From: Botryllus schlosseri
Lineage: Eukaryota
Assembly: GCA_051294905.1 (NCBI GenBank)
Contig: CM119381.1
Span: forward strand, 13,082,001 to 13,146,000
DNA: 64,000 nucleotides
Direction of reading: 5' to 3'
Below are positions 38,501-51,475 of this stretch, piece after piece. The stretch's first letter is position 1. Every line of letters starts with the position of its first letter. The notes under the pieces were generated by a model. It saw only the letters and a program-made list of their open reading frames with translations, ran no database searches and was not told where the DNA came from. The position numbers and the translations under genes were made by a program.

Positions 38501-38671
38501 TAACGCCATGTGTCGGAAGCTCTGGCTTTAACTTCTGACTTCCCTAATCGATTTTGAATTTAATCTTCCACTTCCAATGCCAGCAATTTTTATTTCGATT
38601 CAGTGGCGACTGTGTATAGGTTGGCACTTAATTATGATCGTGCTTGCGCCGTGAATTCCCCGTCAATACAG

Positions 38672-38747
38672 GATGATTACGATGTCAGGAATTCGCGATG
38701 AAGATGATGACGACAATCGTCTGACGGTCCCTTCGCGGTTTTCGAAG
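38672..38747 (+). CDS. Candidate coding exon (MITMSGIRDEDDDDNRLTVPSRFSK)
   Basis: Acceptor TACAG|, donor AAG|GTTAGT, only one open frame, outside recognised TEs. Confidence 0.42.
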
Positions 38748-39456
38748 GTTAGTTGAGTATATTATTTAAGTTTGTTTTCCAAAACACTCTGGTATACGCC
38801 AATATCTTGATATACAACACTCTCATTCCAACACCCCAATATGGTTATTCTATACCATATACGCCTTCCTCCATGGGATTCAGCATACATTCAAGTTGAA
38901 TAGTGATGCCAGGTAACTTGTTGTTGCCTTTCTTTTTGGCGGTGTATACACGCAGCCTCCTGGTTAATTTTATCTGTCACCCGCCATTTTTTAATGATAT
39001 TATTCAGTCCTTGCTAACGCACGTAAAATATACGTAAGCGATAATGGAATGCTTTCAAGTCAAGATGTCTAGACTTTACATTAGGATAATATGGTGTGAA
39101 CTTGAGTAAGTGCGCAGACTTGCGGACGGTGAATGTATCTATTCTGTCAAACCCGGATGACTCGATGCACTGCTTGGAATCTGAATTCGGCGGCCTGAAA
39201 ATTTGGGATGTCACCAAGCGATGGCAATTCTTTATGTCCAGTCCATGCTATTAATCGAATCTAAATGGCATCCTCGATGAAACGTTTTGTCGTCGGTCGC
39301 CGTACTCCTTTCTCGCCGTCAAGAGGCATCAGCTCCAAAACGACGAAGTGTGAATGTGATATTGAAAATATTTTATCTATGGTTCGGATGGAGTACATTT
39401 GACCTGATGTGTGACTAGTTTGTTCAGTTTTGCCGGTACAACAGATTAGTCTATAT

Positions 39457-40330
39457 CAGTGGTTCTCAACCTTTTTATCTTCGCGGACCCCTTTCGGACC
39501 GCCATGGACCCCGCGGACCCACACGAAGTTTTAGTTCAAATTTAGCTCAATTGTCGTGCAATCGTCATATGTCTTGTGCAAAATGATAACTATATAGCCT
39601 TGGTGATAAACATCAACAAAATGACTTTTCTTGAAAATAATATCATACTATTCATGTAGAAATTGGGTTGACTTCTATCATTTCTAAGCGAATTCTGCAA
39701 CTGCATTTTTTGAAATAAGTGGTCGTGTCTTGAAAATCCGGGCCTTCGATTTGACATGAACGAGTGCCAAAAATCCATTTCCATATATATAGATGGTGGC
39801 GAATGTAACGCTTCTGAACGCTTCTGACGACACATTTGGGTATGATCGCAACAAATATGGCACCAAAATTGACAAACAATTTTTTTCAATGAACATATAA
39901 CGTTAAGCCTGGTCATTTTTATACAGCAGCTTATCTGGAAGTTAATATGAAAAAAAAATGATTATGTATCACAGGAGAAAGTGGATTTTTGTATACATTT
40001 TGAAGTCGCCGTGATTGAACATACTCATCCAACTTTTCTTTCCCACAATCCCCTACAAAACATCTCTAAACTGCAAAATGTTTGAATCAGGGGACTATTG
40101 GCAATTTAGCAATTAAAATGAGTCTGCACAGTAGGATATGTAATCTAAGACGGCCATTCCGTGTATGTGAGTTCAGGAGTTTTACTCTTAATGAAGCGAA
40201 ACTGACTCGTAATTTTTCGAATTAAAAAAAAATACAAATTAGGTTATCAAATATTTTGAGGCTTCGCGGACCCCCTGAAAATGCTTCACGGACCCCCTGG
40301 GGTCCCCGGACCCCCGGTTGAGAACCGCTG
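39457..40330 (+). mobile_element. GCGGACCCC-family hAT MITE, complete copy
   Basis: TIR CAGTGGTTCTCAACC / GGTTGAGAACCGCTG and perfect TSD GTCTATAT. Confidence 0.92.
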
Positions 40331-40828
40331 GTCTATATCATATGGACAGACAGTCACTTTTACCCCGACCCGCATGACAGAAAGGATTGGTTTAAATATA
40401 TCCAAATCCCAGTCCTGTTCCGGATTTTTGAAACCGAAATCCAAGTCTGGAACAAGGTATCATGTCCAAATCCAAATTCAAATTCACATCCTGAAATTAA
40501 CGATTCTGTTTCAAAAGACGCATAAATCTTGCTAGTAAAAATTAGGAATGTCATGTCCAAGTCCACGCCCGAATTCAGTCTATTCAAATTCGAAAAATTT
40601 TGAATCCGTATCCGATGGAAATTCTGCATAAATTTGCAAATCCGTTTTTTAAAATCTTATCTATAGTCCATTCTCATCTAGGCCGTATGTTTCACTTTTA
40701 CCTAAATATGTCAAATTAATCCATTCTTACTTTGGACAGAAAATGATGGAGCTTCAAGTCTATTGTTCTTACGTTACAAGCAAAGAAATTCTGTCAGTTT
40801 TGTACAGTTTTGTTGGCGTTGGCCTACA

Positions 40829-41305
40829 TAGGGTTGTGTTTAAAACAAAAATCAATTTAAAACAAGCATGTTTAAAACAAGGCCCTTGTTTAAAACATGT
40901 CTGTTATTTTTTTTACCAAGTCATGACGGAACGCTTTTCGAATTGTGACGTCATAGCAGATTGATATTCACAATTGAAAATATAGGGTAAATACAGCTCC
41001 TTTGACGAAATAGGCTTCCAACCCCTGTCATAAACGGACCAAAAATATTTTTAACCAGGACTGCATCGTCTTGCTGCATTTTACGGTCGTCGGTCATCAA
41101 CATCAGAACCGACTATTTCGAGGGTTCCAACCATCCCATATCGTATTCGTAGGCAATATTGGGTGGTAATTGTCGTCCGTAGGCTCATACAACATATTTT
41201 TGGAAAGTATTTACACAATTATGGCATAATTATATAATTTATTAAAAAACAGTTTTAATTAAAAAGGCCTGTATTTTAAAAATATTTGTTTTAAATGCAA
41301 CCCTA
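40829..41305 (-). mobile_element. CRE-pair MITE family, complete copy in opposite orientation
   Basis: Both TAGGGTTG ends are present and the flanks share CCTACA (6 bp). Confidence 0.88.
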
Positions 41306-41742
41306 CCTACACATGTATTGAACCAGTCTTGTACCGAATGTAATCGGTGTCGAAGGTGTCAAATACCAACCCAATATGCTCCTCTCTTGTAACCGAGCGT
41401 AACCTGGGTGCGTTTTGCATTATCACACACAGGTGACCATCAGTGGTTATCATCCACAGCGGTTCATTTCTTAAATATGATCTCCGCATGGGTTTGCTGC
41501 GTTCTGATGCTATCCATAACCTCAAGACAACAGAAAAAGTGCAGAACTTTAAACTTTATAGGTTTAAGTTTCTATTATGTTTCGTATTCTTAAACTCCCA
41601 ACCATGTGACTGCAACAATATCACTGAAGATGAACTAAATAGTTTGTGATCGTATAGTGTCATCTCTTCGTAAAATAGCTGGCATCGCTGTCGTTGAAGG
41701 GTATAATGTATTTGTAAACATCCTTGGCTGATGGCAATTCAC

Positions 41743-42096
41743 TTATTCACGTATTATTACATTAATTATATCTTCGTTTGACATCTGCTTCGTCAGTAAT
41801 GCATACTGACATACTGCGTAGATTATCTTAGGATATTGGAATACCTCGCTATCGCCATTGTCTGCAAATTGACGCAACCGCGCAATCCGTTTGTCATCAG
41901 CACTGTACTTCCCATATTCCGAGAATCCCGTGTTGGTCATAGTCTGCGATTTCGTGGAAACCGGATTCAAAGTGAAAACGTATCTGGTTGCGGATGCATA
42001 ATCGAATATATATAGCAAGATGGCGAGTATCGTAACATTCGGCTTTCTCAAATATGCAGACGGTGTGATTTTAGTTTGCCGAAGCATCTTGTCCAT
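41743..42096 (-). CDS. Unidentified 117-aa ORF with signal-peptide-like segment and basic cleavage-like sites
   Basis: Outside recognised TEs. VTILAILLYIF followed by ASA, then GK and KR sites. No homology recognised. Confidence 0.33.
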   Translation of the reverse strand: MDKMLRQTKITPSAYLRKPNVTILAILLYIFDYASATRYVFTLNPVSTKSQTMTNTGFSEYGKYSADDKRIARLRQFADNGDSEVFQYPKIIYAVCQYALLTKQMSNEDIINVIIRE

Positions 42097-42829
42097 CCAC
42101 AGTCCTATCTATATTTGCCCATTTCCCGGCCATCTGCAGTCAGACAAGTGTAAATGCTAGTAAAAAGTATTGAATCAGCGCGGTTTTCGTCTTGTTCCAC
42201 TTCTAGGATAATGTTATGAAAGCTTGAGGTATGAGAGGTGAAGGTCAGGTGTCTTGGGAGAGTGCAGACGCTATGGCCCGCATTTAAGGAAGCTTCTGAA
42301 ACTCGAATTTTATGAAAATGTAACCAGATGTTTCATCGAAGTGCTGCCACATATGTCATGTTCGAAAACTAAACACCGCAATGACAGCTTTATCAAACCA
42401 GAATCGGTTACCAACCGCCTTGCTGCTCAGTGAGACTGTACTAAAGGTGTCGTTTTCGGGTTACCAGGTTCAGAGGTTTTCGACCTATTAGTCATGGCGT
42501 TATTTTCAGTGGACCCGGAGCTTTTGTGGTATACAGTAGTTCTATACGGGGGGGGGGGGTCGCCAGTGTGCCAACCTTTTTTATTCAGCTCCCCAAATAC
42601 GCCCGTGAGTACATTTTCAAATCGGAAATAGGTCCGCCGCAACCTAAAAAGTTTAGGAATCACTGCATTAGCTAGACCATTTCGTCCAACTTTCTTTGAC
42701 CTTTTATGATATTGGCATTACTACGTAGTGAAGTTGTCGCTATGTCAGATGTTGAGTCCTTCATCGGTAGCAGCAAATGAACAAATTAGTGCTAATTTTC
42801 AATTTCTTTTATTCAATTTCTTGTTAAAA

Positions 42830-43219
42830 AACTTTGTTTAAAACATGTTTTAAGCAGTGTTTCAAACAAAAGCCTTTTTAAAAAAAATTGTGTTTTTTAA
42901 GTTGTAAAGTCATGCCATAATTGTGTAAATACTTTCCAAAAAACATGTTTTATGAGCTTGTGGACAATTACCACCCGTGGTACCCGATATAGCCGGCGTA
43001 TACGATATGAGATGGTTGGAACCCTCCAAATAGTCGGTTCAACGGCTATTGTACGTAGATATTTCGTCAAAGGAGCTATATTCACCCTATATTTTCAATT
43101 GTCAATGTCAATCCACTGTGACGTCACAATTGAATATTCGTGACCTCATGGCTTTAAAAAAAACATGTTTTAAACAAGGGCCTTGTTTTAAATTGATGTT
43201 TGTTTTAAATGCAACCCTA
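42830..43219 (+). mobile_element. CRE-pair MITE family copy (left TIR lost)
   Basis: Colinear with 22740-23226 and ends ATGCAACCCTA. Confidence 0.85.
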
Positions 43220-43689
43220 TGTATATCATTGTGAGGTATATCTACGATATCTCTATAACACCATTTGTAGTTAGTTGATCAAGTCGCTAATAGTGAAATC
43301 CATCTCAGAGCACAGGATGCCAGCACAGACTGCGATAGTCAAGGTAGCAGGTAACTTGAAGCAGTTTCCGGCCCTTTCATGATAGACCACCAAAGACTGA
43401 GTGGAAACGATTTAATCCTATGCATATGAGTATGACATTACTTTTTGAACGTACAATTTATGTCAAAGATTACGAGAATGGTGCCGACTCTCGAAAAGAT
43501 GGCAACCCGATTTGTCTTGGGAACTCATCTAAATTATTTTCTGCTCTCCTTCCCGGTTGACTCAACGTTTGATCGTCGACTTATTTGTCGTTCGTGGGTC
43601 ACTTTTTCATATCCAATAGTGAACGGAGACACATTTCGCATTTAACATCAACGGGGGGGGGGGGGGCATACATTTAATGGTTGTAGTAA

Positions 43690-44045
43690 AAGAAAATTGT
43701 GTTTTTTTTTTAGTTGTAAAATTATGCCATAATTGTGTAAATACTTTCCAAAAACATGTTGTATGAGCCTACGGACAATTACCACCCGATATAGCCGACG
43801 TATATTGATGCGGGATGGTTGGAACCCTCAAAATAGTCGGTTCAGCATTAATAGTACAGATATTTCGTCAAAGGAGCTATATTTACCCTATATTTTCAAT
43901 TGTCAATGTCAATCCACTATGACGTCACAACTGAATATTCGTGACGTCACGGCTAAAAAAATATATACAAAAGACATGTTTTAAATTAGGGCCTTGTTTT
44001 AAACATGTTTGTTTTAAATTTATTTTTGTTTTAAATGCAACCCTA
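43690..44045 (+). mobile_element. CRE-pair MITE family copy (left end truncated)
   Basis: Colinear with 22790-23226 and ends ATGCAACCCTA. Confidence 0.85.
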
Positions 44046-45188
44046 CTCGTACAGCGTAGGGACGATTGTCTGGAATCAAGCTCGTAGAACAGAACTTGTG
44101 AATATGTTTGTATTCGCTTCTGCTTAATCAGTTATATTTGCTCCTATTTTCGCAATGGTTCATATGGGATAGTCACCCAGTCTGTCTCATGTCAATTGAC
44201 TTGTTGTTTCACTAGTAGTATTACGTGTTTCCCGCTACAGCGAAAGCACCGTTCCCGCACGCTACCGACTACGCTACGCCACGTCTGGCAACATCCGCGT
44301 GTTTCCTTGCAGTTGGTTTTACCATCCTTTGACATGAAATGATAAATGCCTCAAAGTACGGATTGTGTAGGCATTTAACTGTAGAATGCATACTTCGCCA
44401 GTCCACATCTAGGAAGTTCGATGGAATAATTAAAGTCTTAACAGGCGCGCAGCAGGTAACAATTGTGGAAAAATGAAACTATCCAAAGGAGAAGATATAT
44501 TCTATATTCCGCTCACTTACAGTACACCATAAACAAACTAGTTCGTGGAATCGGACCGTGATGCTAATGTAAACGACACCTTGCATTGAACAGCCTTCTC
44601 TTTAGCGCGCCCTGCATCATTACCAGATCGCCAGATGCTAAGCGATTCCACATTGTCAATTAATCATGCATTTCGCAGTAATACTGATTTTCTTTTCTGA
44701 AGCTGTCTCGTATTTCTCCATTATTTTCGTAGAGGGCAGTTTTGTCCCTTGCCCCCAATCACCACTACGCAAAATTGATTTTGGTTATTGCTAGATTGGG
44801 AAAGGTAACTGATAAGGCGTATGGCTTATTCCATACATGAGGTTGCCAAATGACAAAGAGGTTGCTTGATTTTGGAACCCAACTCCCGTGCGATCAGCAG
44901 TCGCAATGTTTTGTTATACGGGGAATATATAGTAAATAGTGTCCAGATGTAATGCGTAAATTGCTGAAAAGAAAGTCGATCCAAAGGTTAACTCTTCCCA
45001 GGATGGTTTCGTGGACCATGTATCGATAGAGTGTTTTGGCCGATATATTCGCTTATAAACATAATAATTATGTTAATGTTGAAGTAACTTCGTTTCATGT
45101 CGCGTTGCTGATACTATATACTGGTGAATGTGCTAGAGTTGTAGACAGCGTACGGGAAATATTGTTTCTGCTCAGCTATTGAGACGTG

Positions 45189-45398
45189 CTATTTTAGTAT
45201 GCACCCCCGGCGTCTAATGCGTATATGATGTAGAGATCTTTTGGCGAATGAGTATTGATAATATTCATGACACGCAACGCTACGTGATATGGTTAAGTCA
45301 ACCGCATTTAGAGATACTGTAGTGGTACGTGCCACAGCAGCAACATCAATGGGTAACGAGTTCCAGTCCGACAGAGCTCGACTCCAGAATACTAGCAA
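45189..45398 (-). pseudogene. Possible LINE (CR1/L2-like) ORF2 C-terminal remnant
   Basis: FWSRALSDWNSLPIDV resembles the SFFxRxxxxWNxLP motif. No RT core or tail is seen. Confidence 0.38.
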
Positions 45399-46054
45399 AG
45401 GAATCGGGGTTTGTACTAGGCTTCTCTTAGTTTTGTGATCCGCGTGTAAGCTATGCTTTCCACAAGCCCAGAAATTAAAGTGGGCTAAAAGTCGGCAGAT
45501 ATGTAATCAAAATAACGAATATGGCAGTGGTGTAACATGACCAATGTAGTCGGAAAAAGATTAATCCTGATTCCATCTTTGTTTAGCTAGGATCTATAGC
45601 TCTGACGTCAATGCTGTCTGCTGGTCTACCCTCTTTTCGTTCAAATGTACTTACCAGGAGTGATGTGATATTTATAGGTGATAACTCAACTTTTGTTGAA
45701 CAGTTGACAGAGCAAACAAATCCCGTCTGGGACTTGGTGTTCTGAGACATCGGAAGGGTCGTTGACCTTTGAATTTGCACAACGGAATCGGTGAGATTGC
45801 GCGTCGGATTACTAGTTGATGATTATTGATTAGTGGTTATCGTAGCCGCCTAGGCAATTAACCTGCGATTATTAACGAGATATCTCTTTCGGCACATCGG
45901 TTCTCGTTGCACCAATTTCGAAAAGTACCGCAACAGTTAGGTCTACCACTGGTAACCAACGTTTACAATGAACGACGACCGACAGATTAGACTCCCCAAA
46001 GGGCAAGCTTACTTCTGTTCGCCCGACATGCGTCTCAAAGTATTCCCTTTCCAG

Positions 46055-46164
46055 GCGAATATGATCCTCCCGGAAACGATATCACTCATTACCATTGATG
46101 GAATTTCGGTGTGTAAAGCTGAACTGTCCCGCCGTTTAGACCTTCAAAACTCTGCGGCTTTTGG
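46055..46164 (+). CDS. Candidate coding exon (ANMILPETISLITIDGISVCKAELSRRLDLQNSAAFG)
   Basis: Strong acceptor TTCCCTTTCCAG|G, canonical donor GG|GTAAGT, only the phase-0 frame is open. Confidence 0.45.
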
Positions 46165-46560
46165 GTAAGTTGCTCGTATATTAGGATATATTTTTCTCTG
46201 ATCTCTGTACTGTGTTCGAATATTTTGCATACAGCTAATCGTACATACGTTGCCATACCTATATAATGTATGGTGTCGTAATGGCGATGCGAGTCCCCTC
46301 TATCTCTAGTAAGATTGTCAGCCAAGCTCAACCCCCCACATCGCGCGACTGGGTTTATCGCAAGAGGAAGTTTTGCGCAATGTACCTATCGCGATAAGTC
46401 AACCGAAGACAAGCTACAAATCGCGTGAGCGTTTATCGTGCCATATTTCTTTCCTCATCTACATTGTTCGACTGGGACGCGGTTTGCACCAGGAGTAGTT
46501 TGCGGCGAGATGGATATATGGGGCAGACATAACAGCCTCCAATACCAAACTCGCATTTAA

Positions 46561-46580
46561 TATTATTATTATTATTATTA
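46561..46580. repeat. (TAT)n microsatellite
   Basis: Read directly from the sequence. Confidence 0.9.
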
Positions 46581-48983
46581 AGTTTAGACCACAGCTTTCG
46601 ACATGCATCAATTCCACCGCAAATTTTGACAATTTGTTTCTCATTTAACATACAATGTTTCATAAGTCTGGCGGTCGTTACATTATAAGGATCTGGTACC
46701 GCGTACAGTACAGACAGAATTTACGATCAACAGCACGTCAATATAGCGGGACAAGCCTCAGACGTACCGAGTTGATTTCATGAAATCACCAGGACGAGCC
46801 TTGGAATTTATAAGTTTTCGCGCACCGCTGGGAGTCGCATTGTAGTTCGTCGTCAATAGAAACCCGGAATGACCCCTCGACCGGGCGCGAAATATATACA
46901 GAATCCGTCTTCGGCGGTAGACGAGAACGGACACGCCTGAACACCTGGTATTTGTAGATCGCACAAATATTTCGCGACTCCCAACTATTTTTCCAATTCG
47001 CGCCTTCCGCCGATAACACTCTGCCTCCAGACAGCTGTGAAAAACATAATTATCGGTAATCTTCGAGACATCACGGTATTTTATAACAAAAATTAAATTT
47101 GTAAACGATTCAAACACAATAGTCTTCGTCTCTCCTGCTGTTGATCTGGCCACCTTTGAAAATATTGAGAAACGTATCATTTTTACTCTACGGTGTCGTG
47201 GGAGCTGTGCTGCTCCGCGTTACTGAATTTCCCGGATTGTGGCAATTGTCGCATGCTACAGTGTACACAATTTCCGTTGTCTCCGGCTGTTTGATATGAG
47301 TTTACGATGTTGCTGTACTCAGTGCGCACAGACGCTTTCATGGCCGATTTCGAAGACGGATTTTGTGGCCTGACAGCTATTTCTGGAAGACTTCGATCAG
47401 CCAGTCGTGGAAACAGTGTGTTAGTAGCGACGTTCGTGGAAGTGTGCTCATTGTTCATGGTAACGTGGACAGGCGGTGAAATTATCGAGAATTGAGCTCA
47501 GTTCCTACTCTTTTCCTCGCTAGACAAAAGTCTCAATCAACTGATTTTCACTGTACCGCCTTCGGGAGTATTTGAAGGAACACCTGGACAGAACTATAAT
47601 GCGCAACTAGTTGATATATTCATTTTCACGACAGGCGACATATTGAGATCTTGGTTGCTTGTCACACCGTGTTTAAAGTCCTCTTCCAATTCAATATTAT
47701 GTTAAACACGATCTTTCGGAGCAACCTTCCTTAATTAGGTGTTGCAGTGAGGGTAAAGCTAACACAACGAGATTATTTTGAATTAAAAAATTATCTTGTC
47801 GCTACATCACAGCATGCGATTCAGTATATCAAGGAAACACGGCGGGTTATCCAAATGTTTATGTTTCCGAATTTGTAGTGTTACCACAAATCATTCAGAT
47901 TCTGCTTTTGTAAGCCTCTGCTGATGCTTTTTCTCTGATTCTGTTATTTACTACCTGATAAGTTTGTGTTGTTGGCAAATGCATGCGATGGTGTGACGCA
48001 AAAGGCTTCAATGTGAAAAGCGTCACTAATTCTTCTTGACATTATAATATCATTTGAACATTTCCTAGAATCATTCAATATAAGAATCCTTGGGTGAAAG
48101 TAGCCAGGGCTTTTTAGACATGTAACAAAGTAACTTTTAGCACATTCGACACAACTATGGGTAAGTAGCGTATAATTTCACGCTGCATATCGTACCCCCT
48201 TCTTTGGTGTTACCTACCCCAAGGGGTGCACGTACGCCTGGATAAGAGCACAAGGTCTTGTGGAACTGGCTTGGTTCATTGTGGTCTAATTAGTAGGAGA
48301 CTATAGGTGCAACCGGATATCCGATTCAAAATTTTTTCAGTCAGTTTTATCACAAATGTCATATGTTCCGTCGGATCTGTTTCAAGAAGTCATTAATAGT
48401 AACGAATAATGCTAACCGGTTCGTTAGTCTCATAAAATTTCGTGAGATGGTTACATAGAACCGATGCGAATCGGCTGAATCATACCGATCGTTGCAATCC
48501 GTCTAGTAATTATGGGGCTCGGCTGTGACTGTGATATAAAATTCAATCGTATATTAAATTCATGCACCTCAAAGACTCTCTTGCAACTGCAATTCAATTT
48601 CAGATACTTCTCCTTTTGAAACGGATACTGGCCCTGTTGAAACTGCGTATTTAGACAGTTCTCATCTTGATTCGTTTTATATCAGTGGTACTTAACCTTC
48701 ACTAACCTGGGGGTTGACACTTACGCTTTCGGGAACCTCAAATTTTCGCTGATTCATAAAAACACAGCTACCACAATATGCATCTCACACATGTACACAT
48801 CTAACACATTGCTATAGATTACTGGTGCAAGAAATGAACTGTGTATCAACAGTGTGTTACTATAACAAAACCATTAATATATGAATTTCATGCAAAACGA
48901 AAATTTTATTTCAAATCAACGTGTCTTCTGCTGTTCCTTTTCAGTCCATAAATGCGAAGCTTCACATTGGAAAGTGTCATCGC

Positions 48984-50335
48984 TGGGGTTGCATCTAGAA
49001 CAAACATGTTTAAAACAAGGCCCTTGTTTAAAACATGTTTTTCAAGCCGTGACGTCACGAATATTCAATTGTGACGTCAAAATGGGTTGATATTGACACT
49101 TGAAAATGTAACGTAAATATAGCTCCTTTGACGAAATAGGCTTCCAACCCCTTTCATGTACGGACCAAAAATATCTTTAACCAGGACTACATCGTCATGT
49201 ATCACTTTTACGGTAGGCCGTACTATAACTATTGATCCGACTATTCCGAGGGTTCCTACCATCCCATATCGTATACGTCGGCTATATCGGGTTTTAATAT
49301 CAAGTCGTTTGTTTGACCAATCAATAAGATGGACGCTCTAATATTACTCTATCAACTATCTAGCAAGTTTAAGGAATGCATGCATGTTTCGGTGTTAGTT
49401 TACAACACATGAACGCGCCGCCCCAGAGTAATTTTTCAATAGCCAGAGGGAATTAAATTCATTTCTACAGCAAACACAGAAGGTAAACATTTGTAGAGCC
49501 GTGGTAATTTTGAACCCATCCCCGAACTACTCAATCAAGTGATGTGGTAATGTAATTTAAGTATATACGTGCAATCTTAGGGAAAGACGTCTACAAATCT
49601 AGCTGCCAAGTTCGTAGTGCAAATGAAGAAGATCTATTCGAGTATAGGTAAAGTGACTGAAAAGGGCGGATTTTCATCCAACTAGATGTGAGAAAATCAC
49701 GAACTGACTATGAACTGGTGGCCGGACAAGACGAATTCGTATGGCGGGCCATGGAATTCACGAGACAACGCTTTTTCATGGCCTACCACGAGATATTTGT
49801 GGCCGACCGAAGTAAAATATGTGACCAGCAAGTGTCGACGGGAAATCAGAGAACCCTAATGTTTTACCTAAAAACGGGAGATTTTGACCTGTAAATCAAA
49901 ATTTTTGACATTTTTGACCATAAAAACATAATTTTGACAAAATTTTGCCCTCATGTATGTAAATCGTCCGTAGGCTCATATAACATGTTCTTTGGAAAGT
50001 ATTTATACAGTTATGGTATAATTATATAACTTAAAAAAACTGATTAGTAATACTGGTATCCATGACTTCCCCGCTTGGCGCTCATGCATTACTGGGATAG
50101 TATGGAGAGGTGGTGCAAGACTTGGAAAGCCGTACAAGGCTATATCTGCACCTTCCTTGTCCAGCGGCATATGCACATCATGCGCTCGTGGTATGCATGT
50201 GCAGTGTGCACAGATCGTGAGTTGGTGTATGTGCCGCAAAAACATCAAGGACAAAAATAAACTACGTCCGTTCCTTTCCCTAAAAAACACATTTTTTTTA
50301 CAAGGCCTTTGTTTAAACACTGTTTAAAACATGTT
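48984..50335 (-). mobile_element. CRE-pair MITE family copy split by two insertions (~49291-49960 and 50041-50280)
   Basis: The pieces are colinear with 40829-41305. The larger insert includes a fragment of the 863-type element (49860-49960). Confidence 0.78.
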
Positions 50336-50918
50336 GTCAGCGTTGTTGAGAAAATTGGTTGGCGCACTAACGGGGAAAAGGACTACTTGTTAGTGTTCCA
50401 CTGTTTAGCCGTTCATGCCACGGGGTATTGCGGCTTCGTAAGAGTTTCCACAGAAGAGGTTTATTTGTAATTCACTGCTGTTGAATTGAGACGGACGACT
50501 GTTAGTCTTTATTTTCATGGCGATATGGCTGCCGACTGGTATATAAAATGAAACGCTGCCTATACAGTACTCCCATGAATAAGTCCATATATTTTAATTA
50601 GTATTGATCTCTAGATTGTAGGGAGAGAGAGAGAGTTTTGGTCATAACCTTGGCGGGAAAGAATTTTGTCAGTCTCTTGAACACAACTTCTAACAGTGAA
50701 TGCTGGTCAATAGGGTCTCCGTTGCACATAAGTGTGGTATATAGCGATTATTACGCCCATGGTGACTTGGACAGTCGCCATATTTCCATGGTTGCTGACA
50801 ACAAATCACGTTCATAGTTCAGCATCAGGCGCTAAATTCGCTTTACGCACTCGCATCCTCAGACATGTGGGCCAGTGGGCAAACAGTGTACTATCGTCCC
50901 CTAATTATAGGAGTTGAC

Positions 50919-51475
50919 CAGGGTTGTAACCAAGTCACAAGGCACCGAGTCACAAGTCAATCTCACTTTTATAGTTTTGACTCGAGTCAAGTCGAGTCAT
51001 TTTAAATTCACCACCGAGTCAAGTCCGAGTCCAAGTCAGCTAAAAGAAGGTCGAGTCTGAGTCACGGTATTATGACTCGAGTCAAGTCCAAGTCATAGTA
51101 TTGACCGCACAGTTTCCAGTCAAAATCTTGTTAAACCCAGTTTTATAACTTTGTTTGGTGATATCGAGTGGTTCGCATCTATAATATACTAATTTTCCCC
51201 ACTTTTAGCAGTTTTTGGTCGCATTTTCAAGTACCGCAGTACAAATAGACGAAATCCCAATAGTGTGGTAACTTTACTATTCTTCGAAATTTCAATGAAT
51301 ATTGGTCTTGGCCGTCTGCCTCTCGAGTCATATGACTTGGCTCGAGTCATGCGCAATGACTCGAGTACAAGTCGAGTCAATACACATATTGACTCGAGTC
51401 GAGTCGAGTCATTTCCGTATTTTGAGAAAATGACTCGAGTCAAGTCGAGTCATGACTCGAGTCATTACAACCCTG
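50919..51475 (+). mobile_element. CAGGGTTGTAA / GACTCGAGTC hAT MITE, clean copy
   Basis: Perfect 11-bp TIR and perfect TSD GAGTTGAC. Confidence 0.93.

Noticed and set aside
46758-47700. Adjacent same-frame minus-strand ORFs (140 aa and 91 aa) as one long gene
   Set aside because: Four in-frame stops, no usable splice sites to remove them, and no recognisable motif.
49581-49647. Exon-like segment reading KDVYKSSCQ (YKSSC is a nicotinic receptor motif)
   Set aside because: It lies in a nested insertion inside a MITE, is out of order relative to the other putative motifs, and a second frame is equally open.
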